Below are positions 43,411 to 54,514 of a DNA stretch of 64,000 nt, in pieces (within the stretch, counting starts at the first letter, position 1; each line of letters opens with the position of its first letter). The notes beneath the pieces are model-generated. The model was not told the origin of the DNA. It did no database searches and was given only the letters and a program-made list of their open reading frames with translations. Position numbers and translations under genes: made by a program. This DNA is from Syncephalis fuscata S228 (Eukaryota > Fungi > Zoopagomycota): contig JAHLTZ010000009.1 of assembly GCA_025786725.1 (NCBI GenBank), positions 310,001 to 374,000 of the forward strand. Direction: 5' to 3'.

Positions 43411-44029
43411 ATGCCTATTGGTTACATCTCGCGTATAGAGCACTTTTCTGCTGCTCATCGACTTCATTCGGCAGCACTGTCGGCCGAGGAGAATCAACTT
43501 GTGTATGGCAAGTGCAATCACCCTAACGGTCATGGCCACAATTATAAAGGTAAAGGGCCCTAATCGGCCAGTATATCTAATCAGCAGTTCTATCTAACCA
43601 ATGGAAATTATGGTTATAGTTCAAGTAACGCTACGCGGTAAAATAGACCCGCAAACAGGTATGGTTACGAATCTGGTGAATTTAAAAAACTGCCTACAAC
43701 TAGCAGTTATGGAGCCATTGGATCATCGTAACCTTGTAAGTTGTCATTAAAGTAAAGCGAGTTATTGTAGCAAGTGGGGCTTATTATAATACGACAGGAT
43801 ATTGATGTGCCGTTCTTTAAAACAAATGTCAGGTAAATTAACCACTAAATTGATCTGATGTAATTTGTATTGATACGCTTATTTATGCAGTACTACTGAA
43901 AACGTTGCAGTATTTATTTGGCAGCAAGTAGAAAAGCACATGGCATTAGCTGGTTGTCAAGGCAACTTACATGAGGTCTGCGTTTGGGAAACTGATCGTA
44001 ATATGGTCATTTATCGTGGTGAAGAATAG
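43411..44029 (+). CDS. PTS: 6-pyruvoyl tetrahydropterin synthase (multi-exon; missing from ORF track)
   Basis: [77 protein letters not shown]. Confidence 0.93.
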
Positions 44030-45567
44030 GTGGTCATCATAAAAAGTCGTTTGTATTTTGTCTTTTAAATATATAATTATTATTATATTATTGTCCGTTA
44101 CATGTTTTATGATTACAGTCTATTTATATTCATTTAATCTTTATATTTATTACTTTAGTGTGGGTGTTAATGTATTTTATAATTATTGATAATGAATGGA
44201 TTAGTTTGTGTTATTTACGCTTCGCTTATTAATTAATTAACTCATATTTCTGTAAATATTGTCTGTCAAGACTTGTCATTGACTATCTACGTCATCGCCT
44301 TTCCTCTTCTCTTCTTTACACTTACAACATGTATCCATTGTATATTTCTACAGTCCATATATATTATCCAGATAGTGCCAGTAGTTGACTGACTATTAGT
44401 TAAATACCAGCACTTTTTACATTACCCACAAGCATTGCTCTTTTGTAATCTAACCTTTTCTACTAATTGTTTTCTCGACTCTGTATATTGGTATTGGCAT
44501 ACTAACTATATTTTTGGTTTAACGCAGCATTATATTTAAATATATGCTGTGAAATTGCTACTGTGTGCCTTGTTTTATTGCCAATACTATTAGAAATCGT
44601 GCTGATAATAGTGTGCAATCTCGACAGTAGTAGGCCCCATTGTTATATGCGTGCAATTACCAACACAATAGCTGTATTGTCTATATTTGTTGTTAACTCT
44701 CCGGCGATAGAATAATATATAGTAGTGTGCATATAAAATGGATATGATATGGGTGGATGAGGATATATAAGTATACTGGATATATACTTACTGAATAATA
44801 AATCTGTGATGATAAGCATTTGATGCTTGATGTCACTTACAACCCAACCCATATCATGTTCGATAGAACAAATGTCTAGCTCAATTGCGCAAATGTTGTT
44901 AAATATAAGCTAATTTGGACATTCAAATACATTGGCATTATAATACGAATGTATTTTTAATGAGCACGGGTGTTTTTTTAATAAGGATAAATAGGTGGTA
45001 ATCATTTACGCCATTTTTGAATTAAAAAATATATACATTTTTAGAAAAGTATAATAAAGTTACTTTTGATCACCGTATTATATTTAATAAATAAATTATC
45101 TTTAACTGCTTGCTGCACATGTTAGAAATATATGCTAACGAGTGAGTTGTTTGTCTATGTAATGTGCCTGTGCAAAAACGATATATTGACCACATGGCAC
45201 ATGTTACAAGTATCGATCGAGTTCACTCTCTACTGCTTGATCTAGGATTGTAGATTAGAATTACTAAAGATGCACATTTAAAAGTGATGCTGTGGCATCA
45301 GCAATTTTATTTTTTATTTTTTGCCATGTCTGCCGTCAACGTGAAAGGAAATATAATAAAAATAAGTGCAAATGATAAATGGCGATTTAAACATAATTTA
45401 ATTTAACCGCTCGCTAATCATTCAAGTCATTACAATTGATTGCGTAAAAAGGTCGTTTACTATATCTTACGCTTCCCATATTAAAAAAATGATTTATCTG
45501 ACATTTTTGCAAAATTGATGTTCAGTCAATATAAGAGATACAAAAAAGGTGTTTTTTATAAAATCAA

Positions 45568-45670
45568 ACAAAATAATATATACAAGAGCCATTGGCCTGT
45601 CAATAAGTGCTGGCAAATATTGAACCGATGAAAGCATCACAAAGATTTGATTGCTTTTAAAATTGTTAAT
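45568..45670 (+). repeat. ~100-bp degenerate direct repeat, left copy flanking the micro-exon gene
   Basis: aaaataatatatacaag..tgtcaataagtgctggcaaatattgaa..caaagat matches 49798-49899. Confidence 0.75.
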
Positions 45671-46078
45671 TGAATAGTAGTACTAATATAGCTATACTGC
45701 TTCATATTGGTGAACAGTTTATAATTCCTGTACAAGTCTGATATTGGTATGCTTGTTCGATTAGTGTTGTTAATTATTATATATAAATTAAATACAAACA
45801 TATGCAACAAATTATTGCTATTATTAAAATGAAACCATAGATTTATTACTATAAGCTTGCACAGTTGAATAGAAACAACTAGATGCAAACATGTTGGTAA
45901 CATAATGATTCCATTGATTAAAGACTGGATAAACCGGAGCATTGGCCAAAACTTGATATATAGATAGACTGGACAGCGTAGTTGTCAAATGGTCTTGCTT
46001 TTCACCGAATATATACCTAAAGCGTATTGGACTAGTGGTTTGATTGCACTACCAATGCTAATGTCTTGAAGCCATTGA

Positions 46079-49026
46079 CTATTCTGTATTTACAAATAAA
46101 GATATTATATGGTACATAATTAATTTATACTCTACTAATATAATACTACTTACTGCCTATTAGTATTAAGTTGTTGATACACATGGTGCATAACATGTGG
46201 TTAGTGCGTAATTAATTAATATATAATACAACCTACATTCATCTAATATTAATTAGTTGATGGATACAGTAAATAGCATGTAGTTAGTGAGTAACCAGTT
46301 AGTATACAATATAGCTTACCTTCTATTGATATTAATTTATTGCCGCACACATTACATGATGTATAATCAGTGCATAGTTAGTTAGTACATAATACAACTT
46401 ACTGCCTATTAATATTAAGTTGTTGATGCATATAATACATGACACAATTAATGCATAATTAATTAATACACACCATAACTTACATTCTATTATATTAAAC
46501 AATTAATGCAATTAGCAAATAACATAGTTAATGCATAGTCAGTTAATATACAATACCACTTACTCTCTATTAATATTAAATAATTGGTACAATTGGTAAA
46601 TAGCATAGTTAATGTATAGTCAGTTAATATACAATACCACTTACCAGCTATTTATATTAAATAATCAGTACAGTCAGTCAATATTATAGTCAATAAGTAG
46701 CCAGTTAATATGCAGCACAACTCACCGCCTGTTGGTATTAAGTTGTTGATTTATACAGTAAATGGCATGTGGTTAGTACATAGTCAATTAATACAGAATT
46801 TCACATACAATCTATTAATAAGGTTGTTGATGCATACAGTATATAGCACATAATTAGTGTTTAGTTAGTTAATATGCAGTGTTACTTACTTTCTATTGAT
46901 ATTAAATAATTGATATAATCAGTAGATAGCACATAATTAGTGCATAGTTAGTTAATATTTAATGTTACTTACGACCTATTATATTAAATTGTTGATTTAT
47001 ACAGTACATGGCATGCAATTAGTAAATATTCAATTAATACATAATACAACTTACGACCTATTATATCAAGTTGTTCATGCACACAATACATAGTACATAA
47101 TTAGCTAGTAGCCAATTAATACACAACATAACTTACGAACTATTAATATTAAGTTGTTGATACACACAGGACATGGTATATAGTTAGTGCATAGTCAATT
47201 AATGCGCAATACTACTTACTTCCTATGGTATTAAGTTGTTGATAAACACAATACATGACACAGTCAGTGAGTAGTCAGTTAACATACAATGTTGCTTACT
47301 CGCTAATATATTAAGTTATTAATATACACAATACATGGCACATAATTAATACATGATTAGTTAATATACAAGGCTACTTACCGCCTATTAATATTAGGTT
47401 ATTAATATACACAATGCATGGTATATGGTTAGTCAATACTCAATTAATATATAATATAACCTACATCCTATTAATATTAATTTGTTGATACACGGTGCAC
47501 AATATAAATTAGCACACAGTCGGACAATACACAATGCTACTTACTCTCTATGGTATTAAGTTATTGATACACATAGTGCATGGTATAGAATTAGTGCATA
47601 GCCAATTGATATACAATGTTACTTGCCCACTAATATATTAAGTTATTAATATACACAATGTATGACACGTAATTAATACATGATTAGTTAATATACAATG
47701 CTACTTACCGCCTATTAATATTAGATTATTGATATAGACAATACATGGTATATGCTTAGTCAATACTCAATTAATATATAATATAAGAGAGGGGGTACGC
47801 GAAGAAGAAAGAAGAGAACTAATAAAAACAGCAACAAAGACGGCATTGGACTTCGTATGGAAGAAGATATGGAAGACAAGATGCAAGCAAGTGGACGAAG
47901 CAATAGGAAGATGGAAAACAGTACGTACCGACACACAAATAGCAGGTCAACCAGAACCACAAGAAGGTCCGGCAACAAACGCTGAAGGCCAGAGAGGCCT
48001 GAGGCAAATTTATACCTGGGACCACACCAATAAAATGGCGTTCGACGTCGAACGCCACCTAAAGATGGTGGCCCCCGCGTGGAGTCTATAGGACCCGGCT
48101 CCATGCAAAAACGTGGCGGTCCACTCGGTATCAACAATGCTACATTGTTTAATATTTTAAAAGCTTTATTATAATTAACGCGATAACAGCATGACACTGA
48201 GAAGCAGCACAAATTCTTTAATTATGCGCAGCGGGGGCCCACAAGCTCTTCAAAATAAAATAAAATAAAATAATATATAATATAACCTACATCCTATTAA
48301 TATTAATTTGTTGATACACGGTGCACAATATAAATTAGCACACAGTCGGACAATACACAATGCTACTTACTCTCTATGGTATTAAGTTATTGACACACAT
48401 AGTGCATGGTATAGAATTAGTGCATAGCCAATTGATATACAATGCTACTTACCGCCTATTAATATTAAGTTGTTAATACACATGGTGCGTAACATATAAT
48501 TAGTGAGTATCAATTATTATATAATACAACTTACATTTAGCTAATATTAATTAGTTGATGGACACAGTACATAATATATAATTAATGCATATTCAATTAA
48601 TATACAATACAACCTACCAGCTATTGATTTGTTGATGCATACAGTGCATGACATATAATTAATGAATAGAAATTTAATGCACAGTACAACTTACGATCTA
48701 TTATATTAAATAATCGGTACAATCAGCGAATAGCATATTTAATATATAATCAATTAATATACACCACAACTTACCCTCTATTAATATTAAATAATTGATA
48801 CAATTAATAAATAGCATGTGATTAGTGCAGTCAATTAATATACAATATCACATACGAGCTATTATAATAATTATTTAGAAATACCGTTAGTAAATAAAAT
48901 GCCATATCATATTCATTGTTATTGCAACATACCACGACGAACTAAGGCTGGTTTAGCATCCACCATGACCGTAGCGGCTATCAAAGCCACAACGACGATG
49001 CAAACGACGGTAATGGAAAGCTTCAT
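46079..49026 (-). CDS. Micro-exon gene: 30 exons (28 of 3 or 6 nt) encoding a 62-aa secreted 6-Cys peptide precursor
   Basis: Exon 1 49026-48933. Micro-exons (+ strand low coordinate): CTC 48856, AGG 48775, ATC 48695, CTG 48618, CTAAAT 48535, GCG 48453, AGA 48371, GAT 48291, GCG 47709, TGG 47627, AGA 47545, GAT 47465, GCG 47382, CGA 47300, GAA 47220, TTC 47137, GTC 47055, GTC 46973, AAA 46890, ATT 46809, GCG 46726, CTG 46645, AGA 46564, AAT 46484, GCA 46403, AAG 46320, ATGAAT 46237, GCA 46154. Last exon AATAG 46083-46079. Every micro-exon is flanked by YAG and a GT (one GC) donor. Confidence 0.88.
46140..48870. repeat. ~80-84-bp tandem repeat array (each unit = intron + micro-exon)
   Basis: Unit acttac-NNN-ctattaatattaagttgttgatacaca...ttagtgcatagtcaattaatatacaat, ~28 copies. 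Confidence 0.95.
47787..48270 (+). mobile_element. 5'-truncated non-LTR retrotransposon (LINE-like) insertion with 15-bp TSD
   Basis: TSD taatatataatataa at 47772-47786 and 48271-48285; (TAAAA)n tail; ORF open from the 5' junction containing VWKKIWKTRC. Empty site visible in the duplicated unit at ~47441-47467. Confidence 0.85.
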
Positions 49027-49797
49027 GGTGATATTGATTTGTTAAGACAAACAAATAAAAGGATAGTAGAGTGTGGTTGATATAGAGTGAAAAGTAGTGC
49101 GTGTATAGCAAGAAGTAGAGTGTGATGATGATATTGCAGTTGGTTGTGTATATTTTGTAGGCTATTTAAATCTATGGCTACGCTGAAATCCCAACAAGAT
49201 GTACTGAATAAACTGTTCCATTGATATGTAGTGTGAACCAATAACAATACATCCATGTGGTGGCATGAGGTGCATGCATACTAATGAATCAATGGCATGA
49301 TAGCATAAGACCCGCCTTTGCTTCGACCTGTTCAGCATCTACACAGCCAATGATCCAGTATGTGTGTGATAGAGATACACGGATTAACCTGTATTTTATT
49401 ACACAATTCAACTATTGGATGTAAGCTAGCTGTTATGGTGTTCAGGAGGGAACACCATAATATTTGCAACAGTATGATAGCTTATAATCAAAGAGGATCA
49501 AAGTATAATAGTGCCCATAAAGTATTGAAAATTTTATTCTATAATAGCATAGTGCCGAATGAAAGATGAAAAGATATGGCTACAGTTACATTTTCGATGT
49601 AATAAAATATATACTAAATAGTAAATTTATTTGTTTAAGCGGGTATTGTTAACATTTTATTAATGTGTAAAACAATATGTGATTTATAGATGATTGAATA
49701 GTAATCCTTTAAAAGAGAAAGAAGAGTGGCGTCCAACAAAGCTGCAAGCAACAAAAAAGATGCCACTTAATGTATTCGACGATGCACTGTTCAGCAA

Positions 49798-49899
49798 GCA
49801 AAATAACACATACAAGGGCTATCGACTTGTCAATAAGTGCTGGTAAATATTGAAACGATGAGAGCATTGCAAAGATCTAATTATACTTAAAATTAATAA
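49798..49899 (+). repeat. ~100-bp degenerate direct repeat, right copy flanking the micro-exon gene
   Basis: Matches 45568-45670. Confidence 0.75.
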
Positions 49900-50506
49900 G
49901 TATTTTTCTTTTCAGGTAAGTATTTAACATAGTCATTCATTATTTAACAAATCGGTTACTTTATAGATTTATTATGTTTGTAAAAAAGATTAGTATAAAA
50001 AATCCACCAACACACCATCTTGGCCTACTAGAGCTGTCAGGTGGTGTGGAATCAAGATACTATGGCAGATCGGCAGAGCTTGCCAGACCATCTCAAACTA
50101 ACTCAATCACCGTCGAGAGTACGGATTCAAGCATCTCTGACATCTAGGCGGAGAATGATTTGGATATCAAAGGTATGTGGATTTAAATGTCTAAAACAGC
50201 AATTACTGAATAGATAATGTATCATATTAAATTTATACGTATTTGTTTACCTCAATCGACAATCCATGTCACATTCTTCATTTTTCATAATCACATGTTT
50301 CAATATATTGTGGATGGAAAAAACGGTTTGTTTCTCTTATCTTGCCGACTCTTCGTCTTTAGCTTGTAATTGTAGCTATTCCCTCTTTATCGCCCCGTCT
50401 AACTGCGCTCCATTACTCATAGCAAAAACTTTTACGCTTATCGTTCTATTGACCAGTAAAGCAAGTGTGTGAAGCTTAAACACTGTCACGAGTTATACGC
50501 AACAAC

Positions 50507-52059
50507 ATGTCTACCAGTGGTGTAAGTAGCCGTGTTGACCATACTATTTAGTAGTAATAAAGTATAATAGCCAATGTCTGCTGTCGTGGACCCTATTGCC
50601 AATGCAATGGATCCTTATGTCCGTCGGGCAACAGCCTCGCTCTTCTCTCCTCGAACGCAAAATGTCGTGATTAAGCTAGTGGTGGCGTTATTTGCCGTGA
50701 CCGCCATGATTGGAGCAGCTGTTGTGGCCTACGCTGGCTTCTATTACTTTTACGTACCAAAAGTTGCTCACTCGGCACCTGTCTATCTTGATTTCGGGTA
50801 AGTACCATTAATAAATACTAATTGTATTAATCAATATACTTGAATGTTTGTTAGATCAACAGCTCATCCAATGGCCCGTGTTGATTTCGATACAATGAAG
50901 GAACACCAAGTAAGCGCTGTCGTGTGATACTATCATTAATGAACGCTTGAAAACTAATAGTACCACAATACTAATTTGTAGTTTCTTTCCTATGATCAAG
51001 ATTATGATGTTACAGTAGATATGTATCTACCCAATTCAGATCGCAACTATGAAATTGGTAAGCTATTAATAATCACCGAATATTTACTATTAAATACTAA
51101 TTCATAATATTAAAGGCAATTTTATGGTTAAAGTGGATCTAGTGGCCGATGATGGCACCATTGTTCATTCTTCTAGTCGACCAGTAAGTTTATTGTAAGA
51201 TAATATTCAATTCTAACATCAATGGCAGGCCATTATGAAGTTCCAATCACCTTTATTACGTTTGGCGAATACAGTTACTCGAGTTCTTTTCCTAATTGCT
51301 GGTTGGAGTGCTGAAGCCCAAGAAATCAATCTATCCTTAATGGAGGGTGTTAATGATTCATATGTAAGTAATTTAGTAATAATGTAATTAAATATAATGT
51401 TGATCATTGATATCTATTGATGATAGGAACATCCCATCTCTCATGCTATTGTTACACTCGGTGATCCCCGTGTCATGCTTTATTCAATGGATATGCATAT
51501 TCGGGCACACTTTAAAGGTCTACGGTAATGATTACTATTTATATTTATACTGACTTGATACTAATATGTATTTATTTATTTATTTACAATGATCAGATAC
51601 CTTATGTATTACTGGTCTGTCCCTACAAGTATTATCTTTGTCGGCACCTTTGTTTTATGGTCACTTTTGTTTGCCGCTATCGCTTGGCGTTCTCTCGCTC
51701 AGTGGTGGAGTGCACGTGCAGCCAATGCTTATGAGGCGGCAATGTCATTTGGTGAAGAGGAAGAGTATACACTGGCTGACAATGATGCCAATGCCACCAT
51801 GACAACTGGATATGATTCAGAACTGGCATCTCATGGCACATCTGGCCATCAGCCACTAACCACTACACTATCATCTTCCGATGAAGGTGAACTTCATAAT
51901 GGTGAAGGTGGAGACGATGACCAAGTAGTGCCTGATTGGTCACAGAACCGTTCAGAAAGCCGTTCTTCATTCGATGTAGTTGATGATGAAATGGATCCAC
52001 AAGGTGACAAGGCGGCATCTGGTGGTGATTATCCAGGATTACGTCGTCGTCAACTATAA
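50507..52059 (+). CDS. Seipin (BSCL2/Fld1 family), multi-exon
   Basis: TM1 ..AYAGFYYFYVPKVAHSAPVYLDF, QDYDVTVDMYLPNSDRNYEIGNFMV, SSRPAIM, AHFKGLRYLMYYW, TM2, acidic tail. Confidence 0.9.
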
Positions 52060-52273
52060 CTATCTATATTACTGGATAACTACTCGTAAGAAGTACATTT
52101 GATTAAATGGATGATGTCGAGTAGTATAGCGATATTAACACCATTATAGTTATTCTATTCTTTTATTAATAGTATGTGGGTGTGGAATAATAGTAGAAAT
52201 CCAATTAAAAATAAATTAGTCGTATTTCTATATATATATATGTGTGTGTGTGTGTATGTTATTTATTCTTTGT

Positions 52274-54514
52274 CTATTTGGACGACTCATCAAGAGTCGT
52301 TAGATTAGTAGATACAGTTTGACGGAAGTTACCAATAGCACGGGCCATAGTACGTAGTAATGTGGTGCGTCGTTGTAATGGACGATGATCTGTTGCCGCT
52401 GTTGCCGCTGTTGCAGTCTCTGATCCATCACTGCCATTATATTTGTTACTTGGTTGAGATGATGTTATAGTAGCTCGTCTCAATCTATGAACTAATTTCC
52501 CTTCTTTATTACGCATAGGTAATCGATTGGGTGTGGCTAAATGAATCCGTGGCGCTGCCTTCTTAACTCGTACCATAGTGATGGCGCGTGGCCGTACACA
52601 AATCAGTAGATCGTGTCCAACTAAACCAACTGACCATCGTTGTCGTTCAAGTCCAGGACGTATACGATGCTGTCGTTTATGGGCCAAATCCCATTCATCT
52701 AGCAATAAAAAGTCTGTTCTAGTTAATTGATCATCAGCCGATATAGATGATATTAATGGTGATGGGATCTCTTCTAGTTGATGTAAATACTGTTCACTCT
52801 TTTCAGTATCGACTAGAACGAGTTCACCATGAAAGGTGGCCCCCATAAGCCATAAGTCACCCACAATAGATTGTGGTATGCCTTCATGAGGTAGTCCGGG
52901 TATACCGCGTAATACTTGACCCGTCTCTAGAGAAATAATACGAATCATCGATTCAGATGAAAGCAGCAGTAAATGCCGTCGATTAGGTGCAGGTATAACC
53001 GACTGGACCGTGTAACGCGGGCCTGTACAATGCCACAATTGCCCATTTTTACTAGTTGTAGTATGACTTAGCGAGTGCAGTAAAATAAATGGCGTTAATC
53101 GCTGGTGTTCATCACGGGTCATGCCTGCCAATACAACACGCGTATTGTCCACTTGAGTTGATACAGTTCGGTGGATTTCATCAGGACGGCTGCCCAAACT
53201 ACCCTCACTACTAAGACCCCATCGTTGTAAATTAGATTGAAGTTCGCCTGTATCATCAGCGCCGTCAATTGATGGTCGAATAAGTTGCCAGTTAAATTGT
53301 TGTGTTTCCCTATCATAATTATGGCGATAGACTAGTACATCGATAATAGATGCATCTGATAAAGGATAGGAGCGTGATGAACGGATTTTATGTAAATGAC
53401 AACATCCAGCTGCACCTTCTGCAACTACTATCGACTGCTTTAATTCATCAACTGACGTTATCGTATTTGTTTTTTGCGCATTTTGTTTATCCATTGCCAG
53501 TTGACAAAACGTAAATGTCCAGTGGTGTTCACTAGAATTGTATAAAATATCTGTGGCTGTTTCATAGTTATGTGGCTGATACTGAGATTTACTAATAGCG
53601 TTGGTTCGCTGTTGGTACCGTTGACGATATAGCAGAGAATGGTTGCAAATGGCCGATATAATAAATGGATATTGTGATCCAGAATACCAGCAAAGTGTAC
53701 GGTCTACTAAACGCCATATCCAAATGGCTGAGCGCCACTGGCTTGTTGTACCTGTTGTACTAGCAGCAATAATAGTAACTACTGCATAGTCATTACCGCT
53801 TAATCGACCATGTATTTCATGGAACGGTGCATAACGAGCATTACTCCATAATTCAATATCGCTATCGTCAATACTAAGATGTTGATTATTACCATTGCGT
53901 TTTATTAGTCGAGGATCAAGCGATAATGGACAAAGTCGTGTTGGTGATGCCCATTGAGAAATATTGGTTATTTCAGGGTCAGTTGAAGGTGGATGGCATG
54001 CTAGCAGAATGGTAAGTGGTTCGGTGCATGCCACCAATGACCATCCTTGTATATTAGCATCTAGTAGTTTTAATTCACCAGGAAATAACGGTTCGGAGAC
54101 TTGTCGATCTGTATTGAGTGTATCCAGTTGCGGTAGAATGACTGGAAGCGACGCCACTGTTCCATGTTTCCAGTTTAATGGTGCAGCAGCGCGTAGACGG
54201 AGAAAGGTTAACCAACGAGCCGATGATCGTTTCGCTGGCATAGAAAGCTGGTCAGTATCATTTTCATCGTTGTTAGTAGTAGTAGTAGTTGATGAAATAG
54301 CCGGCAGTGTTGACGATATTAGCCAAATAGGTTCTTCGTCACCAAATTGTTCCTGATAGTGATAGCGCCATAAGCGTTCACTTTGGCAAACTGCATCACC
54401 TAACCAGCGAGCACAGGTAGCTAAAGAAATAAGTGATTCTTGGTCCAAGTAGAGTAGAATGGCTTCCAACAATTCGATTGGCAATGCAAGTCGGTGCTTT
54501 GAACTATTCGACAT
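52274..54514 (-). CDS. Intronless F-box protein
   Basis: LALPIELLEAILLYLDQESLISLATCARWL..LWRYHY F-box motif after ATG 54514; beta-rich C-terminal region. Confidence 0.8.
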   Translation of the reverse strand: MSNSSKHRLALPIELLEAILLYLDQESLISLATCARWLGDAVCQSERLWRYHYQEQFGDEEPIWLISSTLPAISSTTTTTNNDENDTDQLSMPAKRSSARWLTFLRLRAAAPLNWKHGTVASLPVILPQLDTLNTDRQVSEPLFPGELKLLDANIQGWSLVACTEPLTILLACHPPSTDPEITNISQWASPTRLCPLSLDPRLIKRNGNNQHLSIDDSDIELWSNARYAPFHEIHGRLSGNDYAVVTIIAASTTGTTSQWRSAIWIWRLVDRTLCWYSGSQYPFIISAICNHSLLYRQRYQQRTNAISKSQYQPHNYETATDILYNSSEHHWTFTFCQLAMDKQNAQKTNTITSVDELKQSIVVAEGAAGCCHLHKIRSSRSYPLSDASIIDVLVYRHNYDRETQQFNWQLIRPSIDGADDTGELQSNLQRWGLSSEGSLGSRPDEIHRTVSTQVDNTRVVLAGMTRDEHQRLTPFILLHSLSHTTTSKNGQLWHCTGPRYTVQSVIPAPNRRHLLLLSSESMIRIISLETGQVLRGIPGLPHEGIPQSIVGDLWLMGATFHGELVLVDTEKSEQYLHQLEEIPSPLISSISADDQLTRTDFLLLDEWDLAHKRQHRIRPGLERQRWSVGLVGHDLLICVRPRAITMVRVKKAAPRIHLATPNRLPMRNKEGKLVHRLRRATITSSQPSNKYNGSDGSETATAATAATDHRPLQRRTTLLRTMARAIGNFRQTVSTNLTTLDESSK

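Noticed and set aside
47760-48212. 150-aa minus-strand ORF
   Set aside because: It is an antisense reading of the LINE fragment with no protein-like features.
46140-48870. CRISPR-like array or plain non-coding satellite
   Set aside because: The context is eukaryotic with no cas genes, and the variable cores are only 3-6 nt. They are framed by splice signals and concatenate into a sensible ORF.
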